Positions 35,330 through 45,400 of a stretch of 64,000 nucleotides of DNA are shown here, one piece after another. The notes under the pieces are model-generated. The model did no database searches and was not told the origin of the DNA. It saw only the letters and a program-made list of their open reading frames with translations. The stretch lies in IMG/VR virus record IMGVR_UViG_3300032318_002198; one strand, written 5' to 3'. The stretch's first letter is position 1. Each line of letters starts with the position of its first letter. This DNA comes from a virus (Duplodnaviria; Heunggongvirae; Uroviricota; Caudoviricetes). The position numbers were made by a program, and so were the translations under genes.

Positions 35330-35608
35330 GTGGCTTTAAAGAACAAAGAAGTTAATCCCCTTGAGGTATTGAATAGTAGGAAACTACTATTCATACCTCA
35401 TCATTTTCATAAAGTCAATTTACCTAGAGGTTGCGATATCAAAATAATAGACCAGTGGATTTCATTTAACTTAAATAACAGGTATTCGATTGATTTTATT
35501 ACTCAATTGCATGATAATAAAATAGTTATCAACATATGTGCAGGATTCGAGGATCCAAAAGAAGCAACAATTTTTATACTATCATGCCCACATTTTACAA
35601 AGGATTAG
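35330..35608 (+). CDS. Hypothetical protein
   Basis: GTG start 1 nt after the vWA stop. Confidence 0.65.
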   Translation: MALKNKEVNPLEVLNSRKLLFIPHHFHKVNLPRGCDIKIIDQWISFNLNNRYSIDFITQLHDNKIVINICAGFEDPKEATIFILSCPHFTKD

Positions 35609-35613
35609 AAAAA

Positions 35614-35823
35614 ATGGAAAATGACGAACAAAAAGAAGAAATGCAGTCCGCTGCTATGGCTGAATTAACTATTTCGGATCTTCAAAACATCCGAGCACTT
35701 ATTGAGTCTGTTGCTCGTAGAAATGTATTTCAAGTCAATGAATTTAGTGCAGTAGGAAGTGTTTATGATAAACTAAACAATTTTTTAGCAGCCGTTGCTA
35801 AATCAGACAGCCAACAAGGATAA
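35614..35823 (+). CDS. Hypothetical protein
   Basis: Helical, 69 aa; start placed at ATG 35614. Confidence 0.7.
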   Translation: MENDEQKEEMQSAAMAELTISDLQNIRALIESVARRNVFQVNEFSAVGSVYDKLNNFLAAVAKSDSQQG

Positions 35824-35826
35824 AAT

Positions 35827-36399
35827 ATGAAACACATAGGCAAAATGAAAAACAATAACGCTAAAGTTATTGTTGTATATAGAACATTACCCGGAGATCC
35901 ATATAGTGCATTAGTTATAGGAAGTGACGAGTTAGGTCCGTCATATCACGATGCATTAATGAACTTGGTACAGGATCCTAGCGGTCAAAGTGCAAATGAA
36001 TTTGCAGATATTTTGTCGGTTAGAAAATTCCCCGACGGTAACGGAATGTTAGTTTGGCTACACACTAACGGTTTCCTAAAAAAAGTGCCTACAGATTTAG
36101 TAATTATGACTCCTGCTCCCCAGACATCACTGAGATTGGACGAACTTAATTTGTTAATTGCTGACCAAAAAGGCATTGATCTCGAAGATTTAGCTATCAA
36201 GAGTGATAATAATTCTACTCCCATCAAAACTACTAAATCTGTCAAAGAAGAACCTAAGGCACCTGTACCCGTTACTGCGGCTGATTTACGAGCAAAGGCA
36301 GATTTACTGCTTAAAGAAGCTCAAGAGTTAAAGAAACAAGCAGATGCTCTCGATCCTCCGAAAAAGAAGACCAAAGCAGTAAAAACTGAAACTGCATGA
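35827..36399 (+). CDS. Hypothetical protein
   Basis: 190 aa; globular N-domain with a coiled-coil tail. Confidence 0.8.
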   Translation: MKHIGKMKNNNAKVIVVYRTLPGDPYSALVIGSDELGPSYHDALMNLVQDPSGQSANEFADILSVRKFPDGNGMLVWLHTNGFLKKVPTDLVIMTPAPQTSLRLDELNLLIADQKGIDLEDLAIKSDNNSTPIKTTKSVKEEPKAPVPVTAADLRAKADLLLKEAQELKKQADALDPPKKKTKAVKTETA

Positions 36400-36890
36400 T
36401 TAGTGCTATAGTTGCAGTTGAACAAAACCAGGGTATAGGATTTAATGGGTCCATACCCTGGCCCCATCTTAAAGCCGATATGCAATGGTTTAAAAAAATT
36501 ACTACTAATAATGTGGTAATTATGGGGTCAAATACATGGAAAAGTTTAAACTATAAACCATTACCAAATCGAGTAAATGTTGTCTTATCGAGAACACACG
36601 ATTACTCAGGTGATAATGCTGCCGATCACACCTTTAGTGATCCGAATAATGCATTAACTTTTTGTCAAGTTAATTATCCTGACAAAGAGATTTTTATTAT
36701 TGGCGGGGGTAAAATTTACGATTTTTACTTGCCATATATAGATAAATTTTACATAACCGAAATACAAGACAATTTTGAGTGTGATACATTTTTTAATTTG
36801 ACAAACGTTCAAACACGTAGTAAAGTTGTTAACACAATTGCAAGTTATACTGACCCAATTAATTTTATAATAAAAGAATATATAATATGA
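36396..36890 (+). CDS. folA: Dihydrofolate reductase
   Basis: GIGFNGSIPWPHLKADM, IMGSNTW, PLPNRVNVV, IIGGGKIY. Confidence 0.93.
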   Translation: MISAIVAVEQNQGIGFNGSIPWPHLKADMQWFKKITTNNVVIMGSNTWKSLNYKPLPNRVNVVLSRTHDYSGDNAADHTFSDPNNALTFCQVNYPDKEIFIIGGGKIYDFYLPYIDKFYITEIQDNFECDTFFNLTNVQTRSKVVNTIASYTDPINFIIKEYII

Positions 36891-37771
36891 ATCATTACGA
36901 AAAAGTTTATTTAGACGCGTTAAAGAATATTTTATCAAACGGAAATGATCGAACTGATCGTACCGGTATCGGTACAAAGAGTATTTTTGGATTACAAATG
37001 AGATTTGATTTGTCTCAAGGATTTCCTGCCATAACTACAAAAAAACTTGCATGGAAAGCCGTAGTTTCGGAGCTATTGTGGTTTATAGAAGGCAGTGGCG
37101 ATGAATATCGTTTAAGAGAAATCCTTCACGGTGAACGCTATAGTGATAAGAAAACTATTTGGACTGATAATGCACAAGCAGATTATTGGACTAAGAAAAA
37201 ATTACAGAGACACCCTGGTGATCTAGGCAGAGTATATGGTGTACAATGGCGCAGATGGCGTAAACCATTGATAAGAATTAATAAGGTTGTATTACAAAAT
37301 CATGATCAATTATTGGAATTGATCAACGGGATTAAAACAGATCCGTATAGCAGACGACATATAATTACTGCGTATAATCCCGGAGAACTCGATCTAATGG
37401 CCTTGCCTCCTTGTCACATGATGAGCCAATTTTATGTAAATGGTAATAAACTTAGTTGTCATATGTATCAAAGATCCGCCGATATGCCGTTAGGAATGCC
37501 ATTTAACATAGCAAGTTATGCGCTATTCACTCATATGATTGCACAGGTTTGTAACTTAGAAGTAGGAGAATTGATTATTAGTGTCGGCGACGCTCATATT
37601 TACAATAATCAAATTGATAAAATAAAAGAACAATTAAAAAGAAATCCAATGCCTGGGCCAACTTTAAAATTAAATCCCGATGTAAAAGTTATTACCAATT
37701 TTACAATGAACGATATTGAATTAATCAATTACCAATGTCATCCAGCAATTGAGATACCAATGGCTGTTTAA
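36887..37771 (+). CDS. thyA: Thymidylate synthase
   Basis: DRTGIGT, ELLWF, SRR, LPPCH, YQRSAD..LG.PFNIASY. Confidence 0.96.
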   Translation: MNHYEKVYLDALKNILSNGNDRTDRTGIGTKSIFGLQMRFDLSQGFPAITTKKLAWKAVVSELLWFIEGSGDEYRLREILHGERYSDKKTIWTDNAQADYWTKKKLQRHPGDLGRVYGVQWRRWRKPLIRINKVVLQNHDQLLELINGIKTDPYSRRHIITAYNPGELDLMALPPCHMMSQFYVNGNKLSCHMYQRSADMPLGMPFNIASYALFTHMIAQVCNLEVGELIISVGDAHIYNNQIDKIKEQLKRNPMPGPTLKLNPDVKVITNFTMNDIELINYQCHPAIEIPMAV

Positions 37772-38964
37772 ACCAATATTTCAATAATTCCTTTAACGCC
37801 GTCAAAATTTTGTAATGATTTCCCCAATACTGCATTAGGATTATCATTTGGTTTCATAACTTCGGCATAACCCGGATATGAGCTGGTTACCAGTAAAGCA
37901 CCTTTTTTAACCGACCCTATTACTTTGCACGGGACTCTTCCGCGCAATGCTACATATGGATGAGTTTCGTCCGGGCCTGCGGCTGTGTTCATTCTATATG
38001 CAGGATGTGCAGAAATTACTCCTATCACTGCTGTGTCGGCATGTGTATGAGTAACAGTAATTTCTTTATCTCCGCCTATTACAACTACAGTACCTACGTC
38101 ATAAGATACATCAGTTGCATATCGTTCTGCTATATCGGCAAATAAAGATTGAGACGCTATAGTATTTAATATACCTGTAGAAGGATTATAAGATATGCCA
38201 TGGTGTGCATAATAAGAAACATTTCCTGTTGTTGTATTTACAAAAGGTAGATAAAAATTTTGATTGGCTGTTGTAAAAGTGACCGCCGATGTCGTCGCTG
38301 TATTTGCTACAAGTGCCTCTGCGGCTGTGCCCCAAAAATAATATCCAGTTGATTTAGAAGATCCTGTTATAGCATTTGCACCATACAACGTGATACCTTT
38401 TTTAACAGTTGGAAAATTACCATCTAATAATGAAGTTTCATTTGGCACAAATGCCGTATCAGAGAATAAAATTCTTTCATTGCCGCCAAACGTTGCTTCA
38501 ATTACTGGTTGAGTAATTGAAGGGTCTAACGGATCTACTATTTCTTCAACTGTTTTAAAATCTGCTTTAGCCGAAACTTGTGGTCCTATTTCACTATATG
38601 AATTACCATTCCATAATTTTAATTTTGAGTTGACATTATCCCACCATAAATCACCTGTAGTAGGAAAAGTCGGTGCTGATGACGAAACCGATAAATTTGC
38701 GACGCTTTTAAATTTTGATCCATCATATACGTTTAATTTTTTAGAATCATTCCCACTATTAAACCAAATTTCTCCAGTAATTGGTTTTGGCGGTTGAGTA
38801 GAATTTGCAAAATTTTCTAATAATCTTAAAAAATTTTCATTAAATACCTCTCCGTATCCGCTATAATTTCTACCAACAAACGAAATATCTGTTGAATTAT
38901 CAATTTCTGCGTTATCTACTAGGGCAATTTGCGCACCATTTGTTTTATTGATTATATATGGCAT
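37768..38964 (-). CDS. Tail/baseplate-associated fibre protein with a C-terminal autocleaving-chaperone-like domain
   Basis: Shared N-terminal anchor module; ADIAE..Y...VALRGRVPCKV...G..LVTS C-terminus. Confidence 0.65.
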   Translation of the reverse strand: MPYIINKTNGAQIALVDNAEIDNSTDISFVGRNYSGYGEVFNENFLRLLENFANSTQPPKPITGEIWFNSGNDSKKLNVYDGSKFKSVANLSVSSSAPTFPTTGDLWWDNVNSKLKLWNGNSYSEIGPQVSAKADFKTVEEIVDPLDPSITQPVIEATFGGNERILFSDTAFVPNETSLLDGNFPTVKKGITLYGANAITGSSKSTGYYFWGTAAEALVANTATTSAVTFTTANQNFYLPFVNTTTGNVSYYAHHGISYNPSTGILNTIASQSLFADIAERYATDVSYDVGTVVVIGGDKEITVTHTHADTAVIGVISAHPAYRMNTAAGPDETHPYVALRGRVPCKVIGSVKKGALLVTSSYPGYAEVMKPNDNPNAVLGKSLQNFDGVKGIIEILV

Positions 38965-38979
38965 AATTTATTTTAATAA

Positions 38980-39966
38980 TTAAGGTAATGCTACTGTCGT
39001 AACGACATTTGATACTGTGCTGAATACCATAGACGTGGTTAAATTAACATAATCCCAAGTGACTTCTGCTTTCGCAACGAATCTTCTTACTTGATATCCT
39101 TTAAAAGGTATTGTATGTGAACATATTACTCTTGCTTCACTACCCACTGGAACTCCTACTTCTTTAGAATTTGAATTTCGAGGATGAGAAATAACTCCGG
39201 TTTGTGTATTAATGGGAAATATAGAATTTAACATTCCAATAATAACATTTGTTTGAGTAGTAAAATGTGTTAAATTGGCGATATTATTTGTTGCGGACGT
39301 AATAAAGTTTAAATCAACCGATAACGTATTGTAATTGTTATTAAGTTTACCGGTATAATTTATATCTCCTAGTATTTTTAATCCTGCTACTATTGACATA
39401 TTATTGGTATTAAAAAATGTAGTTGCATCTGACGTATTAACTCTATATGCTTCGTGAGATAAAACTCCTAACAACTTTCCGTAATTTTTTAAGAATGTTA
39501 CATTTTTTAAATAAAGGTTTTCATCCCTAACACTCGATTCTGGCAATACCCAACCATTTTCTCCAACACTAAACGAAAATGCCGGTCCTATTAATAATGT
39601 AGAGTTATTATTAACTATCTTTAGTTGATTATTTGAAGTATCAAACCATAAATCACCAGTAGTTAAAGTCGAAGGCAACGTAGGTGCTATTGTTGCTCCA
39701 CTTACAGTTCTAAATCCATTATCATATACTTTGATTTTTTTAACAGTTGTATCATACCAAAGCTGCCCTTTAAGAGGATTTCGCGGAGGATTTATTGTAT
39801 CGTTAGCGAAATTTGCTGTCATCTTAACAAGATTGTTATTTAAAAACTCTCCAAAACCATTTACATTCTTGCCAATCAGAGAAATACTGGTTGTAATTTC
39901 ATCAACTGCATTTTCAGCTAATAAGGTTAACGTTGACCCGTCGGTGTTTGATATAGTATATGCCAT
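38980..39966 (-). CDS. Tail/baseplate-associated protein
   Basis: Same N-terminal module (LIGKN..GFGE..NNN...NFA...GQLWYD). Confidence 0.7.
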   Translation of the reverse strand: MAYTISNTDGSTLTLLAENAVDEITTSISLIGKNVNGFGEFLNNNLVKMTANFANDTINPPRNPLKGQLWYDTTVKKIKVYDNGFRTVSGATIAPTLPSTLTTGDLWFDTSNNQLKIVNNNSTLLIGPAFSFSVGENGWVLPESSVRDENLYLKNVTFLKNYGKLLGVLSHEAYRVNTSDATTFFNTNNMSIVAGLKILGDINYTGKLNNNYNTLSVDLNFITSATNNIANLTHFTTQTNVIIGMLNSIFPINTQTGVISHPRNSNSKEVGVPVGSEARVICSHTIPFKGYQVRRFVAKAEVTWDYVNLTTSMVFSTVSNVVTTVALP

Positions 39967-39967
39967 A

Positions 39968-41752
39968 TTAAATCTTTATAATGTAATTAACAAATCCAAC
40001 AGTAGATGTTGTAGATGCCAGCATATTAGGAAGATAGAAATTAACTCCGGCAGCTGGTCCGAAACTATTGCCAATAACGCCAAATAAGTCAGGATAATCA
40101 CCTATTGCTACTAACGAACCGTCACACGACAACCATCCGGAAGGTGCACCTCCACCTCCATACGGTATTATTATTCCCGTAGGTATTAAATTTTTAATAA
40201 AATTATCTCTACTAATTTGTCGTAACCCACCGAACGTCGCCGAAGTAGATGTATCGATTACTAATAATGTTAAAGTATCCGTTGCTGTATTTAAAATATT
40301 TTGTTGAGTAATAGCTGCCGGAGTAAGCATCGTATTAAATGTTGCCTGGGTACCTGTTCCAGCAAAGACAAATGAGGTTGCAGTTACTTGACCTTGTAAC
40401 TTGAATTCAGATGACTTTTCTAATCCATTTGACGGTCCAATTACTCTACCATAAATCGTCGTTCCCGTTCCTGTAGACCCGATAGAAGAAACATATAAAT
40501 TTCTAAAATACTTCGAAGAAGAACCTATATCCAAACTATTATGTATGAACGGGGAAATTGCAACTCCTGAAACAACTCCTGAACCTACAGTAAGTAAATT
40601 TGTAACAGTAACTTGGTTATTAACTATCAAGGATTGCTGAATTGTTAAATTTTTATCAATTATTGCTGATCCGAAAATTGATAAAGAAGAAGTCAATGTT
40701 GATGTTAGTAATAAATTCCCTGAAATTCTTACCTGACCATTAACGTCCAATGAATAAGCCATGTTTGTCGAGGTATTAATTGATACTGAATTATTTTCTA
40801 TAACTAATCCCGATACTAACCCAGATATAGCACTTTGTTTAGTTTTAAAAATTATTTTTCCGCCGGGTGTATTATTGAGAATTACTGCATCATTAGCTAA
40901 TTTGTAAAATTGAACGTATGTATTATTAGATGGTACACCGGAATCAATTACTATTCCATCTCTGCCTTGGCTTGCGAGTTGATTTGCAGGGGTTTGATAA
41001 AATACGCTTCCTGTTATAATTTGTGGAGATACATCATCTTTAATCAACAATCTTCTTGCAGCATATTTTGATCCATTAATATTAATATTTGATGCTGAAT
41101 CGGCAATTCCATTAAGGAATGCACTGTTAATCGAACTTAAATTAATACCAGGTTTTAATGATGAAAATCCATCTATAACTACTTTTGGAGTAAAAATATC
41201 GTTTGCTACTATAGAAACTACATTACCATTTACATAATTCAATATAACGTTAAAGTTAGTACCTGTGCTACTCTGAAGTGTTGCCGGTTCTACTCCGGTT
41301 TTATTTAAACCGGCACTTACGGAAGGACCCACAGTTACCCAATTTCCACTATGATAAAATTTTAATAGAGCATTTTGCGTATCTACCCATATATCACCGA
41401 CTTTTAAACCAGCAGTGGCGGTATTTCTGGGATCGGTTCCTTGTTGATATATACCATTAGCGGATGGCCATCTAGTACTGTCCGCCGTGCCGTCCATTAT
41501 CCTCAATACTTTATTGTTTGGATCACTGGTATCATACCAAAGTTGACCTTCTATGGGATTCTCGGGAGGTAATGGACTTGAAAAATTTTCCAATAATGAA
41601 AGAAAATTCTGTGCAAGTTTTTCGCCGTAGTTTGGGTAATTTTTACCTACAAAACTTAAACTGGTGTCAACAGAATTTATTCCGGGCGGCATATCCGGAA
41701 CTGTAACTGTTTCCGTTTTAGATATATCCGAAAATTTTAATGTAAATGGCAT
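39968..41752 (-). CDS. Short tail fibre-like protein with a tail-collar domain
   Basis: Shared N-module; C-terminal PTGIIIPYGG..APSGWLSCDGS...YPDLFGVIG..FG collar motif. Confidence 0.8.
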   Translation of the reverse strand: MPFTLKFSDISKTETVTVPDMPPGINSVDTSLSFVGKNYPNYGEKLAQNFLSLLENFSSPLPPENPIEGQLWYDTSDPNNKVLRIMDGTADSTRWPSANGIYQQGTDPRNTATAGLKVGDIWVDTQNALLKFYHSGNWVTVGPSVSAGLNKTGVEPATLQSSTGTNFNVILNYVNGNVVSIVANDIFTPKVVIDGFSSLKPGINLSSINSAFLNGIADSASNININGSKYAARRLLIKDDVSPQIITGSVFYQTPANQLASQGRDGIVIDSGVPSNNTYVQFYKLANDAVILNNTPGGKIIFKTKQSAISGLVSGLVIENNSVSINTSTNMAYSLDVNGQVRISGNLLLTSTLTSSLSIFGSAIIDKNLTIQQSLIVNNQVTVTNLLTVGSGVVSGVAISPFIHNSLDIGSSSKYFRNLYVSSIGSTGTGTTIYGRVIGPSNGLEKSSEFKLQGQVTATSFVFAGTGTQATFNTMLTPAAITQQNILNTATDTLTLLVIDTSTSATFGGLRQISRDNFIKNLIPTGIIIPYGGGGAPSGWLSCDGSLVAIGDYPDLFGVIGNSFGPAAGVNFYLPNMLASTTSTVGFVNYIIKI

Positions 41753-41770
41753 CTCTTTATTCCAATTATG

Positions 41771-42397
41771 TTATGTAGTTACAGTTAATGATTGAATTCT
41801 TATTGTATAATCTATTTGAATTAATCTGTTTAAAGATTTTTGCACTGGATGAAATATCACATGCGTCAATAAATCACCTAACCCAGGTCCATCTGTACTA
41901 TATGATTTTAATCCAATTTCGTCGAATACAAACGAACCTTCGGAATTTGCCGATGTATCAAATGCTTCTTGCCCCGCAGGCTCACCAAAATCAAGCAAAC
42001 AACTCACTAAAACATCCGAATAAACTGCCCCTGCTACATGTCTTACTTCCATGAAATTCCTAGGAGGATCAAAGTCTGATGCTATATTGGAATCTACAGT
42101 TTTATAATAAGTTTGATTATATAATGCAGCATTTGATCCTACAGAATTTGGCGTCAAATATGTAATTATACCAGTTTGATCCACCCTAGTACCGCCATTA
42201 CCAAACGCCATTTCTGCAATTGTTCCAAAATTTTGATTACTAATACCCCTGGCCAATGCAATACTGAAGTTTTCGAAATGAATTGCATTTCTCTTATCTA
42301 CATATATTTCTTTTGTCGAAGGATCATATATCTTAATATACCCTTCAACATTTAAGAATTTTTTATCTACTAATTGAAAATTGTGTTCGGTATTCAT
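41771..42397 (-). CDS. Virion structural protein (baseplate/tail)
   Basis: G.IKIYD...VDKRNAIH...F.GNGG...FDEIGL...PVQKSLNR.IQIDYTIRI; late box upstream. Confidence 0.7.
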   Translation of the reverse strand: MNTEHNFQLVDKKFLNVEGYIKIYDPSTKEIYVDKRNAIHFENFSIALARGISNQNFGTIAEMAFGNGGTRVDQTGIITYLTPNSVGSNAALYNQTYYKTVDSNIASDFDPPRNFMEVRHVAGAVYSDVLVSCLLDFGEPAGQEAFDTSANSEGSFVFDEIGLKSYSTDGPGLGDLLTHVIFHPVQKSLNRLIQIDYTIRIQSLTVTT

Positions 42398-42402
42398 GTT
42401 AA

Positions 42403-42410
42403 TATTTATC
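42403..42410 (-). promoter_or_regulatory. T4-type late promoter (GATAAATA), probably leaderless transcript
   Basis: Box, then TTAAC, then ATG 42397. Confidence 0.6.
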
Positions 42411-42434
42411 CATTTAAATTACAAGAATTTTATA

Positions 42435-45400
42435 TTATTCAAGAGTATCTCCATAGAAATATACTGGTAACTCTGCCGGTTCTTTTTGTAAGAACTGTGC
42501 CGGCAATGTAGTACTATCCAATAATGACAGTGTGGTCGAGGTACTAAGTTCATTATTCCACGACGTATTTCTATAAAAATCTTTCTTAACTATCGTTAAT
42601 TTTATTCCTTGCGTAACACCGTTAGGAATATTTAAAATAACTTGTTGTGTCGATGTATTTACATAGAACTCCGGAGGTATATAATTTAATCCATTATATT
42701 CAAACCCATTAATTGCATCCACTTTTTTGGAACCAGTGTATATCCATACTTGATTAGTTGCCGTAACCAAATATGAATCATATTTTAAAGCAACTGCCGG
42801 CAACCCTGACACCGTCGAGGTTGTTCCTATAATATTTGCAGGGTAACTATCAAATGATTTACTAATATCTTGGTGATAATGCCCTTGTTTTTCTAATAAT
42901 TTACTTCCATAATATACAGATATTTGATCTTTTGCATTTATATATGATGCTTGCGATAAAATTATTCCGTCACCAATTATACTATTAGAAATAGTGCTGA
43001 TCGTATACACATTTGTTGAGGTTGTTATTTGAACTTGCTTATATGTGTTTAACTCATACGGTATAGATTGCATACTGCCTTGATCAACTACCTTAGTACC
43101 GACATTATTGATCGGCGACGGTCCTGTTCCTAAAGTATTTCTTCTTAATTGAGTTAATACATTTCCTTCAATTTTATAGAATTCTATTCTCTCGCCATTG
43201 AGCAATACTACTCCGGGTATTTTCTTAGACACAATAGGACTTGTTAATACACTAGAATCTGCTACATGAATTTCTGTATCTGTATATTGTAATTCTTTAG
43301 TAAGATATGTTGTATTATTTTTCGACAATCTCGTGAATTGTGTTCTACCAAAGATATCTTTGAATGCTCTATAACCTAGTACAGTCGATGATAATATATC
43401 ACTTGCAAATGTCATTACCGTAATAACATCATCAGAAGTATGAACGTATTCATCACTTATTTGTATAGTAACTTGATCGTCAAGCATTTCAAAATCCAGA
43501 CCGTTGATTAACGGAACGTCATTGACCGATACCCAAACGTATTTGTCATTTAGAATGGGCCTAGAAATTTTATATCTACGATTTGCATTTCCTTGTAATC
43601 TTTCAGTTTGCAACATTAATGCACCGCGATCATTATAGGCAGTTACTAGTAATGTTGAATTGGAAATTGGTGTCTGCAAAAATATCGTATCATTATAAAT
43701 TGTATAATCAAATTGTAATAATGGTACCAATCCTTGAACTAAACACTCAATCGATATTTTATTCCCCAACTGAATAAAATTAGAATTTATTACTACCGTA
43801 CCTGACGCCGGAGGTACAAAGAAATCAAACCCAGGACGTAATTCATTATTGTTCACGTATACTCTTACGTTTGTAATATTAAACAAATTAATATCGTATT
43901 TTGTCGGATCAGTAACATATGAATTGATATTATATGTATTTTTTGTTATATCCGATACTGTGTGGTAAGAAATAATCGGAGGGAATAATTTTCTTGATCC
44001 TAGATTATTACTTAAAGTTAAAATAGCTCCGGCAGATTTAGGATTACTAATTCCTGAATAATTTGTTAGCACAAATGAATTGGCGGGTGTTGCATTAACG
44101 TTAAAATATTGGTCTGAAATTTCAAAATAATTATCGTAATAATCGCTAAAGAAATATGCTTGAATTGTATTTTCATCGAACGGAGAATTAAAATATATGT
44201 CTAATGCAGCTTTATTGCTACCATCATTGGCTTTGGTTATTATATATCCAACTTGCGTTGAAGTTGTAACTTCAGCTAATGACATTCCGTTAACTGATAC
44301 ATATGCACTACCAACAGAAGTATAAGGAACTTGTCCATAGACTTGTACTCTATTAGTGCCGGTTACAATTTGTTTAACTACATCTAGTAACCCTACTCCA
44401 TATCCATTATTTCCGGATCCTAATCCTATAACAGTATATCGAACTGTACCCGATACTTCCTGAATATTAAGTATCAGTTGATTATTTTTCCAATCAATTG
44501 TATATTCATTTATGGAAGAAAAATCTGTTCCCGGATCTCTCACATTAGGATTGTATCTTAGAATTGTGTTATTGAAGACTACAGTAATATATGGCGCACT
44601 TGCTGGCACTACTGATAATGAAATAACCGGCAATTTTCCTGCTATAACTGGAGCATATCCATTAAAAATTAATGGCGATCCGACTGAACTTTTTGTATAA
44701 ACGTTAATTCCTATAGAATCTGTAACAAAACCCGGTACTAATTCTTCTGTTGAGTATAAATTATTCGTTGTAAAGAATCCATCGCCAGAAACTATTACAT
44801 CTTCAGGATTAGTCCCTAATGCATTTGAAATATTCGAAGTCGTTGTAATCCATGTTCCTCCGTCTAATTCTGTATCAATAGATGACGGTAAAACCGTAGG
44901 AGACCATATTTCTATAATGTCTCCTTCTTTAATATTTCCGGCCAAATCTGAACTAAACGTAACATTATTTCCAACTACAGAAACAACTGTTGTAGATGAA
45001 TTTGAAAATTTATTCTCTGTATAACTTATAATATTTGCATATTGGCCGCTTGTTATACCTATTGCAGATGTCACTGGAATTACGGAATCACTGGCATATG
45101 TTGCTGCTGCTACAATATATTCCCTTGCACTTTCAATGTTATCAGCATATGCAAATTGTCCAAAAGGTTGATATTCCACATCCCAATTTGATGTATAATT
45201 AAAAGATAATCCCGAAATTTTGTTGTAAGGATATTCAACACCAGACATTAGCTGAGATATATCTTTACCTAACACATTGTTTGTTGATGTATAACATGTT
45301 AAAATGCGCTCAACTGCATTTAAAATTTCAATATTTTTAACATAATTAATTTTTAAAATTTTATCTCTAGGAGGAGCTATATTAAATACCAACGTAGAAA

